Source: Parcubacteria group bacterium
GTDB taxonomy: Bacteria; Patescibacteriota; Minisyncoccia; Phycocordibacterales; UBA2100
Assembly: GCA_943358385.1 (NCBI GenBank)
Contig: CALRGX010000001.1
Location: 66,380-130,379 of the forward strand
Direction of reading: 5' to 3'
DNA length: 64,000 nucleotides
Under the pieces are notes generated by a model, which worked only from the letters and a program-made list of their open reading frames with translations, had not been told where the DNA came from and ran no database searches. This document shows, piece after piece, positions 1-9,781 of the stretch. The translations under genes and the position numbers were made by a program. Within the stretch, counting starts at the first letter, position 1. The number at the start of each line of letters is the position of its first letter.

Positions 1-8
1 AAAACAGG

Positions 9-32
9 AGAGCCGCCCAGGAGGGCGGCTCT
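9..32 (-). terminator. intrinsic terminator-like hairpin
   Basis: AGAGCCGCCC / GGGCGGCTCT stem just downstream of the 61..504 ORF. Confidence 0.6.
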
Positions 33-60
33 TTTGCTGTGTGCAGAAGTGCTCACGAGC

Positions 61-504
61 TTACGGGGAAGGTTCGACCTCAACCACATGCACGCGAAAG
101 GTGTGCCCTTTCTTGTTGGTGATGTGGAAGGTGTCATATGCGAGGTCACCCAGCGCAAACGTAAACGGTGAAGCGTGTAGTGCCGCCTGAATCTGCCGCA
201 TGGTTGTGTATGCGCGCTCGCCAAGGTTGGGTTCATCATCCGGTTTTACGATGGATCGGATAAGTGTGCACGCTTCAAATAGGGAAAACACGTCGAGTCT
301 CCCGGGAGGGTTTACCGACAGATAGCCGTGCAGTCTTTTTAGCGCAGCCGCGCTGTCCTCTGGTGAGGCGCACATCTCTCGTGCGGCCTCATCTACCCAG
401 TAGCTCAGGCTGACCACGGTCAGTTTTTCTGCGCCACGTTTTTCGGATGCGCTGAGCATCAGGATAAGCATTTTTTCGAGAACTGCTTTAGCGGGATCGC
501 TCAT
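61..504 (-). CDS. hypothetical protein
   Basis: ORF 61..543; likely start ATG 504 preceded by AAGGAG; no recognisable motif; divergent from fusA. Confidence 0.6.
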   Translation of the reverse strand: MSDPAKAVLEKMLILMLSASEKRGAEKLTVVSLSYWVDEAAREMCASPEDSAAALKRLHGYLSVNPPGRLDVFSLFEACTLIRSIVKPDDEPNLGERAYTTMRQIQAALHASPFTFALGDLAYDTFHITNKKGHTFRVHVVEVEPSP

Positions 505-572
505 TGGATTCTCTCCTTGGTGCCTGTCGTCTGTGTACCGCACCGATGCTGCTTATGGAATGGTGGCCTATT

Positions 573-600
573 TTGCAATTCTGTGGCGGTCTGCTATTCT
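573..600 (+). promoter_or_regulatory. sigma70-type promoter of fusA
   Basis: TTGCAA-N16-TATTCT with extended TG. Confidence 0.5.
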
Positions 601-665
601 TCCGGCACGTTAAGGGGTTTCTATTTACTATGTTTTTACCCGCTCAACGCTAATAACTATTCACT

Positions 666-2810
666 ATGTCCCGTGATTACCCGCTCGAGAAAGTTCGCAA
701 CTTCGGCATCATCGCGCACATTGATGCAGGCAAGACTACTACATCCGAGCGCATCCTCTATTACACGGGCGAGTCTCATAAGATTGGCGAAGTGCACGAC
801 GGGGCAACTGTTACTGACTGGATGGAGCAGGAGCGCGAGCGCGGCATCACGATTACCGCCGCGGCTATTACCTGTTTCTGGAACCCGAGCTACATGGGTG
901 CAGACACCACGCACAAACACCGCTTTAACATCATCGACACACCAGGACACATCGACTTCACCTCAGAAGTGCAGCGTTCTATGCGCGTGTTGGACGGTGC
1001 GGTGGTGGTATTCGACGGCGTGGCGGGAGTGGAGCCTCAGACTGAGACCAACTGGCGCTACGCCGAGGACGGTTTGGTGCCGCGCCTTTGTTTTGTAAAC
1101 AAACTTGACCGCACTGGGGCGTCATTCGAACGTTCCTTCGCGATGATTCGTGACCGTCTCTCAAAAAATGCCGTGCGCATGCAGATTCCGATGGGCGAAG
1201 AGGATGCGATGGCAGGAGTGATTGACCTCCTCACTATGGAAGGCATCACCCAGGAAGGTGAAAAGGGGGACCGTGTCATCCGCGGCCCTATCCCAGAACA
1301 GTTCATGGCAGATGCAAAGAAGTATCATGGCGAGCTGGTTGAGGCTATTGTTGAGCACGATGAGGCAGCAATGAGCGCATATCTTGAGGGTGTTGAGCCA
1401 TCAATACCCGCACTGAAGGCGATTCTCCGCAAAGCAACTATTGCGAACAAGGTATTTCCTACATTCTGTGGAACCGCGCTCAAAAATAAAGGAGTGCAGC
1501 TTGTGCTCGACGGCGTTGTGGACTATCTCCCTTCACCGCTTGATGTACCGGCAGCAAAAGGTCTACACCCCGACACCGGTGCGGAAGAGGTACGCCCTGC
1601 ATCAGATGAGGCACCATTTGCGGCGCTCGTATTCAAACTCCAGACCGACCCTTTCGTAGGTCAGCTCTCTTTCTTCCGTGTGTACTCTGGTACGTTTGAG
1701 GCAGGACAGACGATGTACAACGCTTCCAACGGTAAGAAGGAGCGTGTAGGCCGCATGGTGCGCCTTCAGGCAGACAAGCGCGAAGAAATAAAGAAAGTGC
1801 ACGCGGGCGAAATTGCAGCGTTTGTAGGCGTGCGTGACGCGAAAATCGGTCACTCCGTTTGTGACGAGAAAAACCCGATCATTCTTGAAGAAATTAAATT
1901 CCGCCAGCCAGTCTTGTCTGCGCGCATCGAACCAAAAACGAAAGCCGACCAAGAGAAAATGGGTGTTGCGCTCAACAAGCTTACAGACGAAGACCCTACG
2001 CTACGTATGTATACCGATGAGGAGACGGGAGAGACTATCCTGGCCGGAATGGGTGAGCTTCACCTCGAAATCATCGTTGACCGTATGAAGCGTGAATTCA
2101 ATGTGGAGGCAACGCTCGGCAAGCCCCAGGTAGCGTATCGCGAGACGATTCAGGGTGCGGCTGAAATGGAAAACAAGTACATCAAACAAACGGGAGGTAA
2201 AGGTCAGTACGGCCACGTGAAAATCCGTCTCAAGCCGCTTGAGCCGCTTGAAGAAGGTGCCAAGATTCCAAACAACGTAAAGCGTGATGCACACTTCGAG
2301 TTCATCAACAGTGTAAAAGGCGGCGCTATCCCTCAAGAGTTCATTCCTGCTGTAGAAAAAGGTGTACGCGAAGCGCTTGATCGCGGTATTCTTGCCGGCT
2401 ACCCAGTAGTAGACGTTTCTGTGGAGCTGTACGATGGCTCGTACCACGATGTGGACTCGTCAGAAATCGCGTTCAAACTCTGTGCATCAATGGCATTCCA
2501 GGATGCCGCCAAGATTGCGAAGCCGGTTATCCTTGAGCCGGTGATGAAAGTAGAAGTGGTGACTCCCGACAAATTCATGGGCGATGTCACCGGCAACCTC
2601 AACTCCAAGCGTGGACAGGTGCAGTCCATTGACGACCGCTCAGGTGGCCTCAAGGTCATCACCGCGCACGTGCCACTTTCAGAAATGTTCGGATACACTA
2701 CGGCACTGCGTTCAATGACGGAAGGTCGCGCAAATTCCACCATGGAATTCGCGCACTATGCAGTTGTTCCTCGCAACGTTGCAGACGAGGTCATTGCAGC
2801 GCGCAAGTAA
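666..2810 (+). CDS. fusA: elongation factor G
   Basis: AHIDAGKTT, RGITI, DTPGH, NKLDR, GMGELHL, GSYHDVDSS motifs; 714 aa. Confidence 0.99.
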   Translation: MSRDYPLEKVRNFGIIAHIDAGKTTTSERILYYTGESHKIGEVHDGATVTDWMEQERERGITITAAAITCFWNPSYMGADTTHKHRFNIIDTPGHIDFTSEVQRSMRVLDGAVVVFDGVAGVEPQTETNWRYAEDGLVPRLCFVNKLDRTGASFERSFAMIRDRLSKNAVRMQIPMGEEDAMAGVIDLLTMEGITQEGEKGDRVIRGPIPEQFMADAKKYHGELVEAIVEHDEAAMSAYLEGVEPSIPALKAILRKATIANKVFPTFCGTALKNKGVQLVLDGVVDYLPSPLDVPAAKGLHPDTGAEEVRPASDEAPFAALVFKLQTDPFVGQLSFFRVYSGTFEAGQTMYNASNGKKERVGRMVRLQADKREEIKKVHAGEIAAFVGVRDAKIGHSVCDEKNPIILEEIKFRQPVLSARIEPKTKADQEKMGVALNKLTDEDPTLRMYTDEETGETILAGMGELHLEIIVDRMKREFNVEATLGKPQVAYRETIQGAAEMENKYIKQTGGKGQYGHVKIRLKPLEPLEEGAKIPNNVKRDAHFEFINSVKGGAIPQEFIPAVEKGVREALDRGILAGYPVVDVSVELYDGSYHDVDSSEIAFKLCASMAFQDAAKIAKPVILEPVMKVEVVTPDKFMGDVTGNLNSKRGQVQSIDDRSGGLKVITAHVPLSEMFGYTTALRSMTEGRANSTMEFAHYAVVPRNVADEVIAARK

Positions 2811-2828
2811 GACCGACAGAATAAAAGC

Positions 2829-2853
2829 AAAAAGGCGCCACAGGCGCCTTTTT
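2829..2853 (+). terminator. intrinsic terminator after fusA
   Basis: AAAAAGGCGCC-ACA-GGCGCCTTTTT. Confidence 0.8.
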
Positions 2854-2899
2854 GTGTATACGGCATAAGGGTGGTTCGGTTTTGTGTCACACTGTACGT

Positions 2900-3295
2900 A
2901 TGGATGACAACCTCACGAAAGATATTCTAGAAATTGAACGCCAGATTCAGGCGATGACCTACAATGCAAAGCACCATGAAACAGAGGTGTTGCGTCTGCA
3001 CGAACAGGTAAAACGCGCAATAACTGCCGTACAAAAGGAAAGTAGGGATATTGCTCCCAAGGAGCGCGAACTGCATCAGCTCGAGCAACGTATTTCTCAG
3101 TTACAAGCCGAAATTGCGCGTAAAAAAGCACTGGTGGAGAAAGAGGAGCGCGACCTGCATGCGCTCGAGTCTCGCGAAATGAAGGCCCAGAAAGATACCG
3201 ATGTGCTCAAGAAAACAGCGACCAATCTCAAACAGCAAGTGGATGCAAAAAAACGCTCGGCATGGCGATTGAGTCAGCTCAAGAAAGGGGAATAG
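2900..3295 (+). CDS. coiled-coil hypothetical protein
   Basis: E/K/Q/L-rich heptads; ATG 6 nt after CACACT. Confidence 0.65.
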   Translation: MDDNLTKDILEIERQIQAMTYNAKHHETEVLRLHEQVKRAITAVQKESRDIAPKERELHQLEQRISQLQAEIARKKALVEKEERDLHALESREMKAQKDTDVLKKTATNLKQQVDAKKRSAWRLSQLKKGE

Positions 3296-3302
3296 GCAGG
3301 TC

Positions 3303-4325
3303 TTATCGAATGAATGTTTTTGAGAATGCGAGACATGTCGGTACGTCGTCAGGAAGTGTCTCACAAAGCGGAGTAATGTCGGCTTTTGTGTTGCTCGCCA
3401 CTATGGTTCGTGCTGCCCAGTGCACACAATTGCGATAGAAAGGGGTGCCCGTTGTCGCGACAGCGCAATAATGTGCGGCCGTGTTGTTTGGTATGTATCC
3501 GACGAGACCAATACTACGCCCCACACTTTCCATGCACGCATCTTGATACGAATCAGGGACGCTGTCCGTACAAAAACGTCCGAGTGTAGTGAAAACTCGA
3601 TCATTGTACATAAAGCCGAGCGCTGCATGCGCTTTTGGTGCCATCCAAAATATGCAACTCCTTTTAGCGGTTTCAGTATCAAGGGTCAGACAAAAAGGAA
3701 CCGTCGCAGCCTGCGCATGACCGCCATTAAAAGCGCCTTCCTGCATAAAGCGCATGTTGTATTCCATAAACGCGCCGCCATAGCAGCTTTGTTCAGTATC
3801 AAAATCCGGAGTGACCGTCTTCTCGCATTCAGCAAAACTTTCCCGTGCCGACTCTTCAGTGTACCCTCGGGAAAAAATGATACTGTGCCCGGCGGCGTGA
3901 AGGCAGTCGCCGCGGGCTTTTGGTGCTATGTCGCGACAGACACGTTCGGCATCGGTAGCAGTTTCGAGGCCTCTTTCAGGGCTTACTTGGGAGACAATTT
4001 GATGGAGGCAGCCGTATCCGAATAGTGCGCCGCACAAACGGAATGCTCCTTCTGCGCCTTCGCGCTCAAAAAGAACTTGACCCAAGGCATGAGCGGCCAG
4101 GTGCTGATCTGCTGCTGAATATCGCGACGCCTCACGGCGCACGTATGCGATGGTGCTGGTGCTCCCTTGCTCCTCGGCAATCACACGGAGAAGCGGCTCA
4201 CTCAAGGTGTCGCGTGCACGTGGCATCGCTGGTGATTCTATTGATGCTTTTGAGTATGTAATGATGCCGGCTGCTATGAAAAAGATCACTCCGATGAGCG
4301 GTGCTATGGCAGAGAGCGTTTTCAT
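3303..4325 (-). CDS. membrane-anchored Cys/His-repeat helical protein, translationally coupled to YcaO
   Basis: N-terminal TM; HLAAHALG, GCLHQ, CLHAAGH, CYGGAFME, CMESVG repeats; ATGA overlap with the YcaO stop. Confidence 0.75.
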   Translation of the reverse strand: MKTLSAIAPLIGVIFFIAAGIITYSKASIESPAMPRARDTLSEPLLRVIAEEQGSTSTIAYVRREASRYSAADQHLAAHALGQVLFEREGAEGAFRLCGALFGYGCLHQIVSQVSPERGLETATDAERVCRDIAPKARGDCLHAAGHSIIFSRGYTEESARESFAECEKTVTPDFDTEQSCYGGAFMEYNMRFMQEGAFNGGHAQAATVPFCLTLDTETAKRSCIFWMAPKAHAALGFMYNDRVFTTLGRFCTDSVPDSYQDACMESVGRSIGLVGYIPNNTAAHYCAVATTGTPFYRNCVHWAARTIVASNTKADITPLCETLPDDVPTCLAFSKTFIR

Positions 4326-5632
4326 ACGAAGGGGTGCTGGACATTGTTCATCTGCTGCATAGTGTAGCCGTGTGATTTTAAAACATCGGGAACTCTCGAG
4401 GTGTAGCTACTTTTTTGCCGCTCATCTTGGTGCAATGGTTGCAGTTGGGGGATAATTACTTGATAGATATGCCACCCAGGAACATTTGCTTCTCCCGAAG
4501 ATAAATCTGCCGCGAGTAGATCGAACGATGATGCACGCGCCCAGTCGATGATGCGCGCGAAATGTGGCCGGGTAGCTTCATGATGCCACGGTGCTTGGCG
4601 TAGAGGAGAAGGAGAAGTTGCGGTCAGAAATGCCGCGTGGGTTGCGTGTTCTGGTTTTGCCCAGAACGCTAGTCGGCTATTTTGCTGGGGAATATCTTTT
4701 TTTGATTGTGCTCGAGAGTTTTGTCGAGCACGGAGCGCCTCCAGGAGTCCTTTCAGCGATGCGCGTCCCGCATGAGGCCCTGCAGCCGCTCCAACGGCAA
4801 CAGGAGGCATATTAGAAGGGTCAGAAACCACTACCATGATGGTGTAGGTAGGGGCATCGGTGAACAGTTGTACAAAAGTAACCATGAGTCGATACCGTAC
4901 ACACGATTCCAGGAGTGTGCCTAGATCTGGACACTCAGCAGTAAGTGAATCATGGGTAAGCGTGACAGGACTAATACCACTCAACCAGGTCATCATAAAT
5001 GCGTCGCGCTCAATAACTTCCAGTGCGCCCGAGAGGAGTGCTACGGGGCGAGTCGGCGCCGTTGCAAGACCGGTCGTGATGGGCTGACGAAGCATAATCT
5101 CGCCACTTTCTTTCGCATACGCAGCACTCAGTAGTTGGCTCGGCACCGAAACATACCGTCGAGCTGTGTAAGAATATGCCCTACTCCAACGCAGGGGGAT
5201 ATCATCTATCGTCGCATAGTGTGCGGTGTGTGTTTTGTCAGATAGTACATAGGCGGATGCTCGAGGTGCGTTGGCCGGCATATTTTTTGAAGGCGTTGGT
5301 GATCCGCAACGGAGATGTCCTTTTTCAGTAAGCCAAATTTTCCGCTCTACCGCTTCCGCTAGTGCAGTGCGCATGGCGTGTGCTCTCGAAAGTGATATGC
5401 CACCCGCGCTCCCGCTGTCAGTGTTTATTCCAACGCTGTACTGGAAAAAGCGCGGCTCATCGGGAGGGTGCGTTTTCCAGCGAGCACTTGAAATGGTGCG
5501 GGTGTCGAGCAGGTGTTTACAGAGGAGTTGCTCCGTCGCCATTCGCTCTTCCTCATTCGCCTTGATGGTGAAACCGAACTGCTCCTTAAAAAGCTTTGCT
5601 TCCAACTGAGCGCGCTCGAGGGCGGTAAGCAT
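4322..5632 (-). CDS. YcaO-family cyclodehydratase (RiPP D protein)
   Basis: ALAEAVER, TTGLA..GALEVIERDAFM ATP-binding motifs, GLLEA, C-terminal HPF. Confidence 0.93.
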   Translation of the reverse strand: MLTALERAQLEAKLFKEQFGFTIKANEEERMATEQLLCKHLLDTRTISSARWKTHPPDEPRFFQYSVGINTDSGSAGGISLSRAHAMRTALAEAVERKIWLTEKGHLRCGSPTPSKNMPANAPRASAYVLSDKTHTAHYATIDDIPLRWSRAYSYTARRYVSVPSQLLSAAYAKESGEIMLRQPITTGLATAPTRPVALLSGALEVIERDAFMMTWLSGISPVTLTHDSLTAECPDLGTLLESCVRYRLMVTFVQLFTDAPTYTIMVVVSDPSNMPPVAVGAAAGPHAGRASLKGLLEALRARQNSRAQSKKDIPQQNSRLAFWAKPEHATHAAFLTATSPSPLRQAPWHHEATRPHFARIIDWARASSFDLLAADLSSGEANVPGWHIYQVIIPQLQPLHQDERQKSSYTSRVPDVLKSHGYTMQQMNNVQHPFV

Positions 5633-5716
5633 GTCTGCACTCTACCACGCACTATTTTTTACTGGTTATGCACAGGTGCAATCAGTAGGTTGATGCAGTT
5701 CTTGTACAATCAATGC

Positions 5717-5974
5717 ATGCAAACTGTTCGTCGTATCTCGCGCTATGTTTTTGCTGGAGCAGGTCTTTGCGTGCTCGCGCTCTCCATCGTTATTCCATCA
5801 ATCCGCATTAAGGGGACTACCATCTCTCTTGAGGGGAAAGATGTGGCGCATGCAGATGTGCCCTCATGCAGTTCGTGTAGTACGTGCAGCTCATGTGCGT
5901 CATGCACTTCAGACGGTGGTTGTGCTGATAGTGGCTGCGCTGACTCTGGCTGCGGCGCATCACCTGGGGAATAA
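5717..5974 (+). CDS. putative RiPP precursor peptide, 85 aa, Cys/Ser-rich core
   Basis: MQTVRRISRY + hydrophobic stretch + AHA|DVPSCSSCSTCSSCASCTSDGGCADSGCADSGCGASPGE; TACAAT 6 nt before ATG; between YcaO and SagB. Confidence 0.85.
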   Translation: MQTVRRISRYVFAGAGLCVLALSIVIPSIRIKGTTISLEGKDVAHADVPSCSSCSTCSSCASCTSDGGCADSGCADSGCGASPGE

Positions 5975-6000
5975 ATCGATACCCATTCATTACATTACGT

Positions 6001-7143
6001 ATGTCACTCGTTATCGAACAACCAGACACTCAGCCAGAGCAGCCGCAGAAGCCGGTTACTATTGAAGGGTTGCAAAAAAACCTATACATCACGCTCGCCG
6101 TCTTGGTAATTGTGGCGCTCGCAAGTGTAGTGTACTTCTACGACTCGCTTATGGTTACAGAAGAGCAGCGGCTTACCCCAGAGCAGGTCTTCAAACAGCT
6201 GCTCGTTTCTGGCGATTTTGACGCTGCGCTCGCACTTCTTCCACCTGGGGGTGGCACTGGAGCGCCAGTAGAGCAATTTGCTCGATTTATGACAGCGCTT
6301 CCCGCCGAGCAATTGAAGGCGGCTCAGCAAGCCGAAGAGGCATATCGAAACGCAGAAGGAAATCCAGCGGCACAAGCTTCGCACCTGAATACAGTAATAG
6401 AGCAACTGCTCGTGAGTCGTGATAAGAATTTGTACGACTACTTCTTCCGAGAGGAAAGTCCTTTCTTTGCAATGAAAAAAGACACTATTGACGCATCAGC
6501 GGTTGCACTCGCAGAGTACGGTATGACACTACGACCTACCTCCATTTCCCAAGTGGTACTTTCATTACCACACATAACGGCGATCAATCTCGCAAAAAAC
6601 ATAGATGCAAAAGGTGTAAAAGAGCACATCTCAGCTGGTATTGAGAAAGTGGAGGCAGCGGCTATCCTAAACGCAGCCGAAGTGGGGCAGATGGCAACCG
6701 GAGACTCGCACCGAGCACACATGCGCATGCTCACTTGGAAGAGTTCCATATACGGGGCCGCCGCCCTAAAAGATTCGGCATACCTCCCTAATTTGAAGGA
6801 AAATGCTGAAGGCGCGATGACCTTATACGAACGTTTGGTTGCAGAAAATGGTCGCGAGAACTACTTACAGGCACGCATACCACCGATTCTGATTACCTAT
6901 GCAGGAGTATTGGCACGATTGGGTGCTGGCCACGATGCGGAAATTGCGTTCGCTTTGGAAAAAATAGTACAGTTTGTTCAAGGAAATCCACAAATGCACG
7001 AAGCAGTCTTTGTAGCTACGGTAAAGCGTTTGGCAGCACAAGATAAAAAAACGCGTGGCTATCAGTACGCTACATACAAGCTGCTCGCAGCCAAAAACGA
7101 ACCATTTAAAGCGCTTCTTGCGGCGAACGGTCTTACTTTCTAG
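6001..7143 (+). CDS. single-pass membrane protein, alpha-helical
   Basis: 380 aa; TM segment LYITLAVLVIVALASVVYFY; follows the precursor. Confidence 0.75.
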   Translation: MSLVIEQPDTQPEQPQKPVTIEGLQKNLYITLAVLVIVALASVVYFYDSLMVTEEQRLTPEQVFKQLLVSGDFDAALALLPPGGGTGAPVEQFARFMTALPAEQLKAAQQAEEAYRNAEGNPAAQASHLNTVIEQLLVSRDKNLYDYFFREESPFFAMKKDTIDASAVALAEYGMTLRPTSISQVVLSLPHITAINLAKNIDAKGVKEHISAGIEKVEAAAILNAAEVGQMATGDSHRAHMRMLTWKSSIYGAAALKDSAYLPNLKENAEGAMTLYERLVAENGRENYLQARIPPILITYAGVLARLGAGHDAEIAFALEKIVQFVQGNPQMHEAVFVATVKRLAAQDKKTRGYQYATYKLLAAKNEPFKALLAANGLTF

Positions 7144-7859
7144 AGAGTATTTGGTGCCAAGATGATGAAGTAGAGAGGATCCTCTTCAGGGGACCATATA
7201 TCCAAAAGAGTGCTCACCGCACGATCGTTAAAACCACCTATAACGCGTGACGACACATCGAGTGCTGTGGCACAGAGAAGTACATTTTGTGCCAAATGCC
7301 CTGCTTCTAGGAGGGAAAGATAGTACGCGAAACCGCCGTACTTCTGCGACGACTGACCCCATCGGGCGGTGAGGATGAGAGCATGCGTTCTGCTCACAGT
7401 ATGCTCGGACGAGGTCAATGTATCGAGCGCCGCTGGAGTGGTCTCCCACAGCTCCTCCAAAACATGATTGTTTTGAGAAAAATGATACGCCTTAGGGCAC
7501 TTTCCCCCCTCAAGGGTCCCTACAAAATATATTTCAATGGGATTAAGTCCACCTCCCGAAGGGTAGCCACGCTTGCCATGGGTGCGAGCGGCTACGGCAT
7601 TTCCCAAAAGGGTACTGATGCTGTTAAGGGGAAAACTGCCGGAGGGACGCGGTGTGTCCCTCTCCGAAAGTGACTGGCGCGCAAAAATGACGTCGCTGAG
7701 CTCTGCGGCAAGTGTTTCTATGGCGGGGAGCTTAATCTGCGGCATCCGCGGATAGCTTTTTTCGGTTGTTTGAAATGTGTGGGGTGTTCCACTGCGTGAG
7801 GCAGTGGTCCGTAGCTCCCGGACAAGGCGATGGAGTTCCGCAGGATCATTAATGTTCAT
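7140..7859 (-). CDS. SagB/ThcOx-family FMN-dependent azoline dehydrogenase
   Basis: RGYPSGGGLNP, KY motif (QKYGG), LEAGHLAQN, IGGFND; ATG 7859 is 6 nt after TATCAT. Confidence 0.9.
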   Translation of the reverse strand: MNINDPAELHRLVRELRTTASRSGTPHTFQTTEKSYPRMPQIKLPAIETLAAELSDVIFARQSLSERDTPRPSGSFPLNSISTLLGNAVAARTHGKRGYPSGGGLNPIEIYFVGTLEGGKCPKAYHFSQNNHVLEELWETTPAALDTLTSSEHTVSRTHALILTARWGQSSQKYGGFAYYLSLLEAGHLAQNVLLCATALDVSSRVIGGFNDRAVSTLLDIWSPEEDPLYFIILAPNTL

Positions 7860-7911
7860 GTGAACATGATACACCGCACAATCTAATAAGGGATCCCTGC
7901 AGGGCGTTTCC

Positions 7912-7940
7912 TTGACGTCTCCTCTTCATTTGTTTACGAT
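7912..7940 (+). promoter_or_regulatory. sigma70 promoter of tuf
   Basis: TTGACG-N17-TACGAT. Confidence 0.7.
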
Positions 7941-8081
7941 ACGGGGACGGCGCAGGCGCTTTTTATTTTTGGCGTGTGCACGTAAGTCGAAATTAGTTAT
8001 AAACGTTAATTAGCGCAGGCACGTTTTCGGGTGAGATAGAGTGTTCTCGCGCTCTCTCCTCCGCAAGCGTACGCGCCACAC

Positions 8082-9290
8082 ATGGATATGGCAGAAGTAT
8101 TTGACCGTTCCAAGCCGCACGTGAACGTTGGTACCATCGGACACGTGGACCACGGCAAAACCACCACGACTGCTGCAATCTTGAAAGTCCTCGATTTGGC
8201 GAAGGATCAGGGTTACGGAGCTCGCGTGGAGGGGGTTGATGGTATTGACAATGCTCCTGAAGAAAAGGCGCGCGGTATTACGATTTCTATTCACCACTCT
8301 GAGTACTGGACGCCTAGCAGGCACTATGCTCACGTGGATGCTCCAGGTCACGCAGACTACATTAAGAACATGATTACTGGTGCTGCTCAGATGGACGGTG
8401 CTATCCTCGTGGTAGCAGCTCCAGACGGTGCAATGCCTCAGACTCGTGAACACATCCTCTTGGCTCGCCAGGTGGGCGTGCCAAAGATCATCGTGTATCT
8501 GAACAAGTGCGACATGGTTGACGATAACGACCTCATTGATCTCGTTGAGGAAGAAATTCGTGAGCTCTTGACGAAGCAGCAATATGACGGTGCTAACGTA
8601 CCAGTTATCCGCGGTTCATCACTCAAGGCTCTTGAAGCGACCTCGATTACTGATCCATGGGCAGCAAAGATTCTCGAGCTCATCAAGGCGGTAGATGAAT
8701 TCATCCCGACACCAGTTCGTGAGATGGACAAACCATTCTTGATGCCTATCGAAGACATCTTCTCTATCGAAGGACGCGGTACTGTAGTAACTGGCCGTAT
8801 CGAGCGTGGAACCATTAAAGTTGGTGCAGAGGTTGAAATCGTTGGTGTAAAGCCAACGGCTAAGACAACCATCACTGGCATCGAAATGTTCAACAAACAG
8901 CTTGATTCTGGACAGGCAGGCGACAACGCAGGAATCCTTCTGCGCAGCGCTAAGAAAGACGATGTGCATCGCGGGCAAGTGCTCTGTGCTCCAGGGTCAG
9001 TTACCCCGCATACTGAATTTGAGGCAGAAGTGTACATTCTCTCAAAAGAAGAGGGTGGACGACATACGCCATTCTTCTCAGGATACAAGCCACAGTTTTA
9101 CGTACGCACAACGGACGTAACTGGGGAGGTGACCCTCAAAGAAGGAGTAGAGATGGTTATGCCAGGCGACACGGTCACGTTTAAAGTGAAGCTCGTGGGC
9201 CCAATCGCTCTCGAAGATCAGCAGCGCTTTGCCATCCGCGAAGGAGGCAAGACGGTGGGTGCTGGTGTGGTGACTAAGATTGTTGCGTAG
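8082..9290 (+). CDS. tuf: elongation factor Tu
   Basis: [34 protein letters not shown]; start may be 8088. Confidence 0.99.
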   Translation: MDMAEVFDRSKPHVNVGTIGHVDHGKTTTTAAILKVLDLAKDQGYGARVEGVDGIDNAPEEKARGITISIHHSEYWTPSRHYAHVDAPGHADYIKNMITGAAQMDGAILVVAAPDGAMPQTREHILLARQVGVPKIIVYLNKCDMVDDNDLIDLVEEEIRELLTKQQYDGANVPVIRGSSLKALEATSITDPWAAKILELIKAVDEFIPTPVREMDKPFLMPIEDIFSIEGRGTVVTGRIERGTIKVGAEVEIVGVKPTAKTTITGIEMFNKQLDSGQAGDNAGILLRSAKKDDVHRGQVLCAPGSVTPHTEFEAEVYILSKEEGGRHTPFFSGYKPQFYVRTTDVTGEVTLKEGVEMVMPGDTVTFKVKLVGPIALEDQQRFAIREGGKTVGAGVVTKIVA

Positions 9291-9301
9291 GTTCTGGTGG
9301 T

Positions 9302-9330
9302 TTGACTATCGGAAAAATTTCGTGTAGTGT
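9302..9330 (+). promoter_or_regulatory. sigma70 promoter of rpsJ
   Basis: TTGACT-N17-TAGTGT. Confidence 0.55.
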
Positions 9331-9344
9331 GCGCTCGCTGAACT

Positions 9345-9686
9345 ATGACAACCAAAACGAAGGCAAAAAAGAAATCAGAAGGCGGAAAACTCCGTATCAA
9401 GGTGCGTGCCTATGAGCACCGCGTCTTGGATGGAGCAGTCAAACAGATTATCGACACCGCTGCTCGCCTTAATGCCTCTGTGGTTGGACCTATCCCTCTG
9501 CCGACAGACATCAAGAAGTACACGGTGAACCGTGCGGCATTCATCGACAAGGATTCGCGAGAACAGTTCGAAATGCGCGTACACAAGCGAGTGATCGATA
9601 TTCTGAACCCGAACCCAAAGATAATCGAAGCTCTGACGAATATCGACTTGCCCTCCGGCGTTTCGATTGATGTCCAGATGTCTTAA
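9345..9686 (+). CDS. rpsJ: 30S ribosomal protein S10
   Basis: GPIPLPT, SREQFEMRVHKR. Confidence 0.98.
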   Translation: MTTKTKAKKKSEGGKLRIKVRAYEHRVLDGAVKQIIDTAARLNASVVGPIPLPTDIKKYTVNRAAFIDKDSREQFEMRVHKRVIDILNPNPKIIEALTNIDLPSGVSIDVQMS

Positions 9687-9695
9687 GGAGATCTA

Positions 9696-9730
9696 AACAA
9701 AAACACCCTGCTCAGCGGGGTGTTTTTGTT
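9696..9730 (+). terminator. intrinsic terminator after rpsJ
   Basis: AACAAAAACACCC...GGGTGTTTTTGTT. Confidence 0.8.
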
Positions 9731-9781
9731 ATGGGTGTCTGATTCATTCCCTTTTTCTGTTGCGGCGCTACACTGGTAGTG

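Noticed and set aside
5513-5716. 153-aa version of the precursor ORF
   Set aside because: The extension overlaps YcaO on the other strand; ATG 5717 has the typical -10 + 6 nt context.
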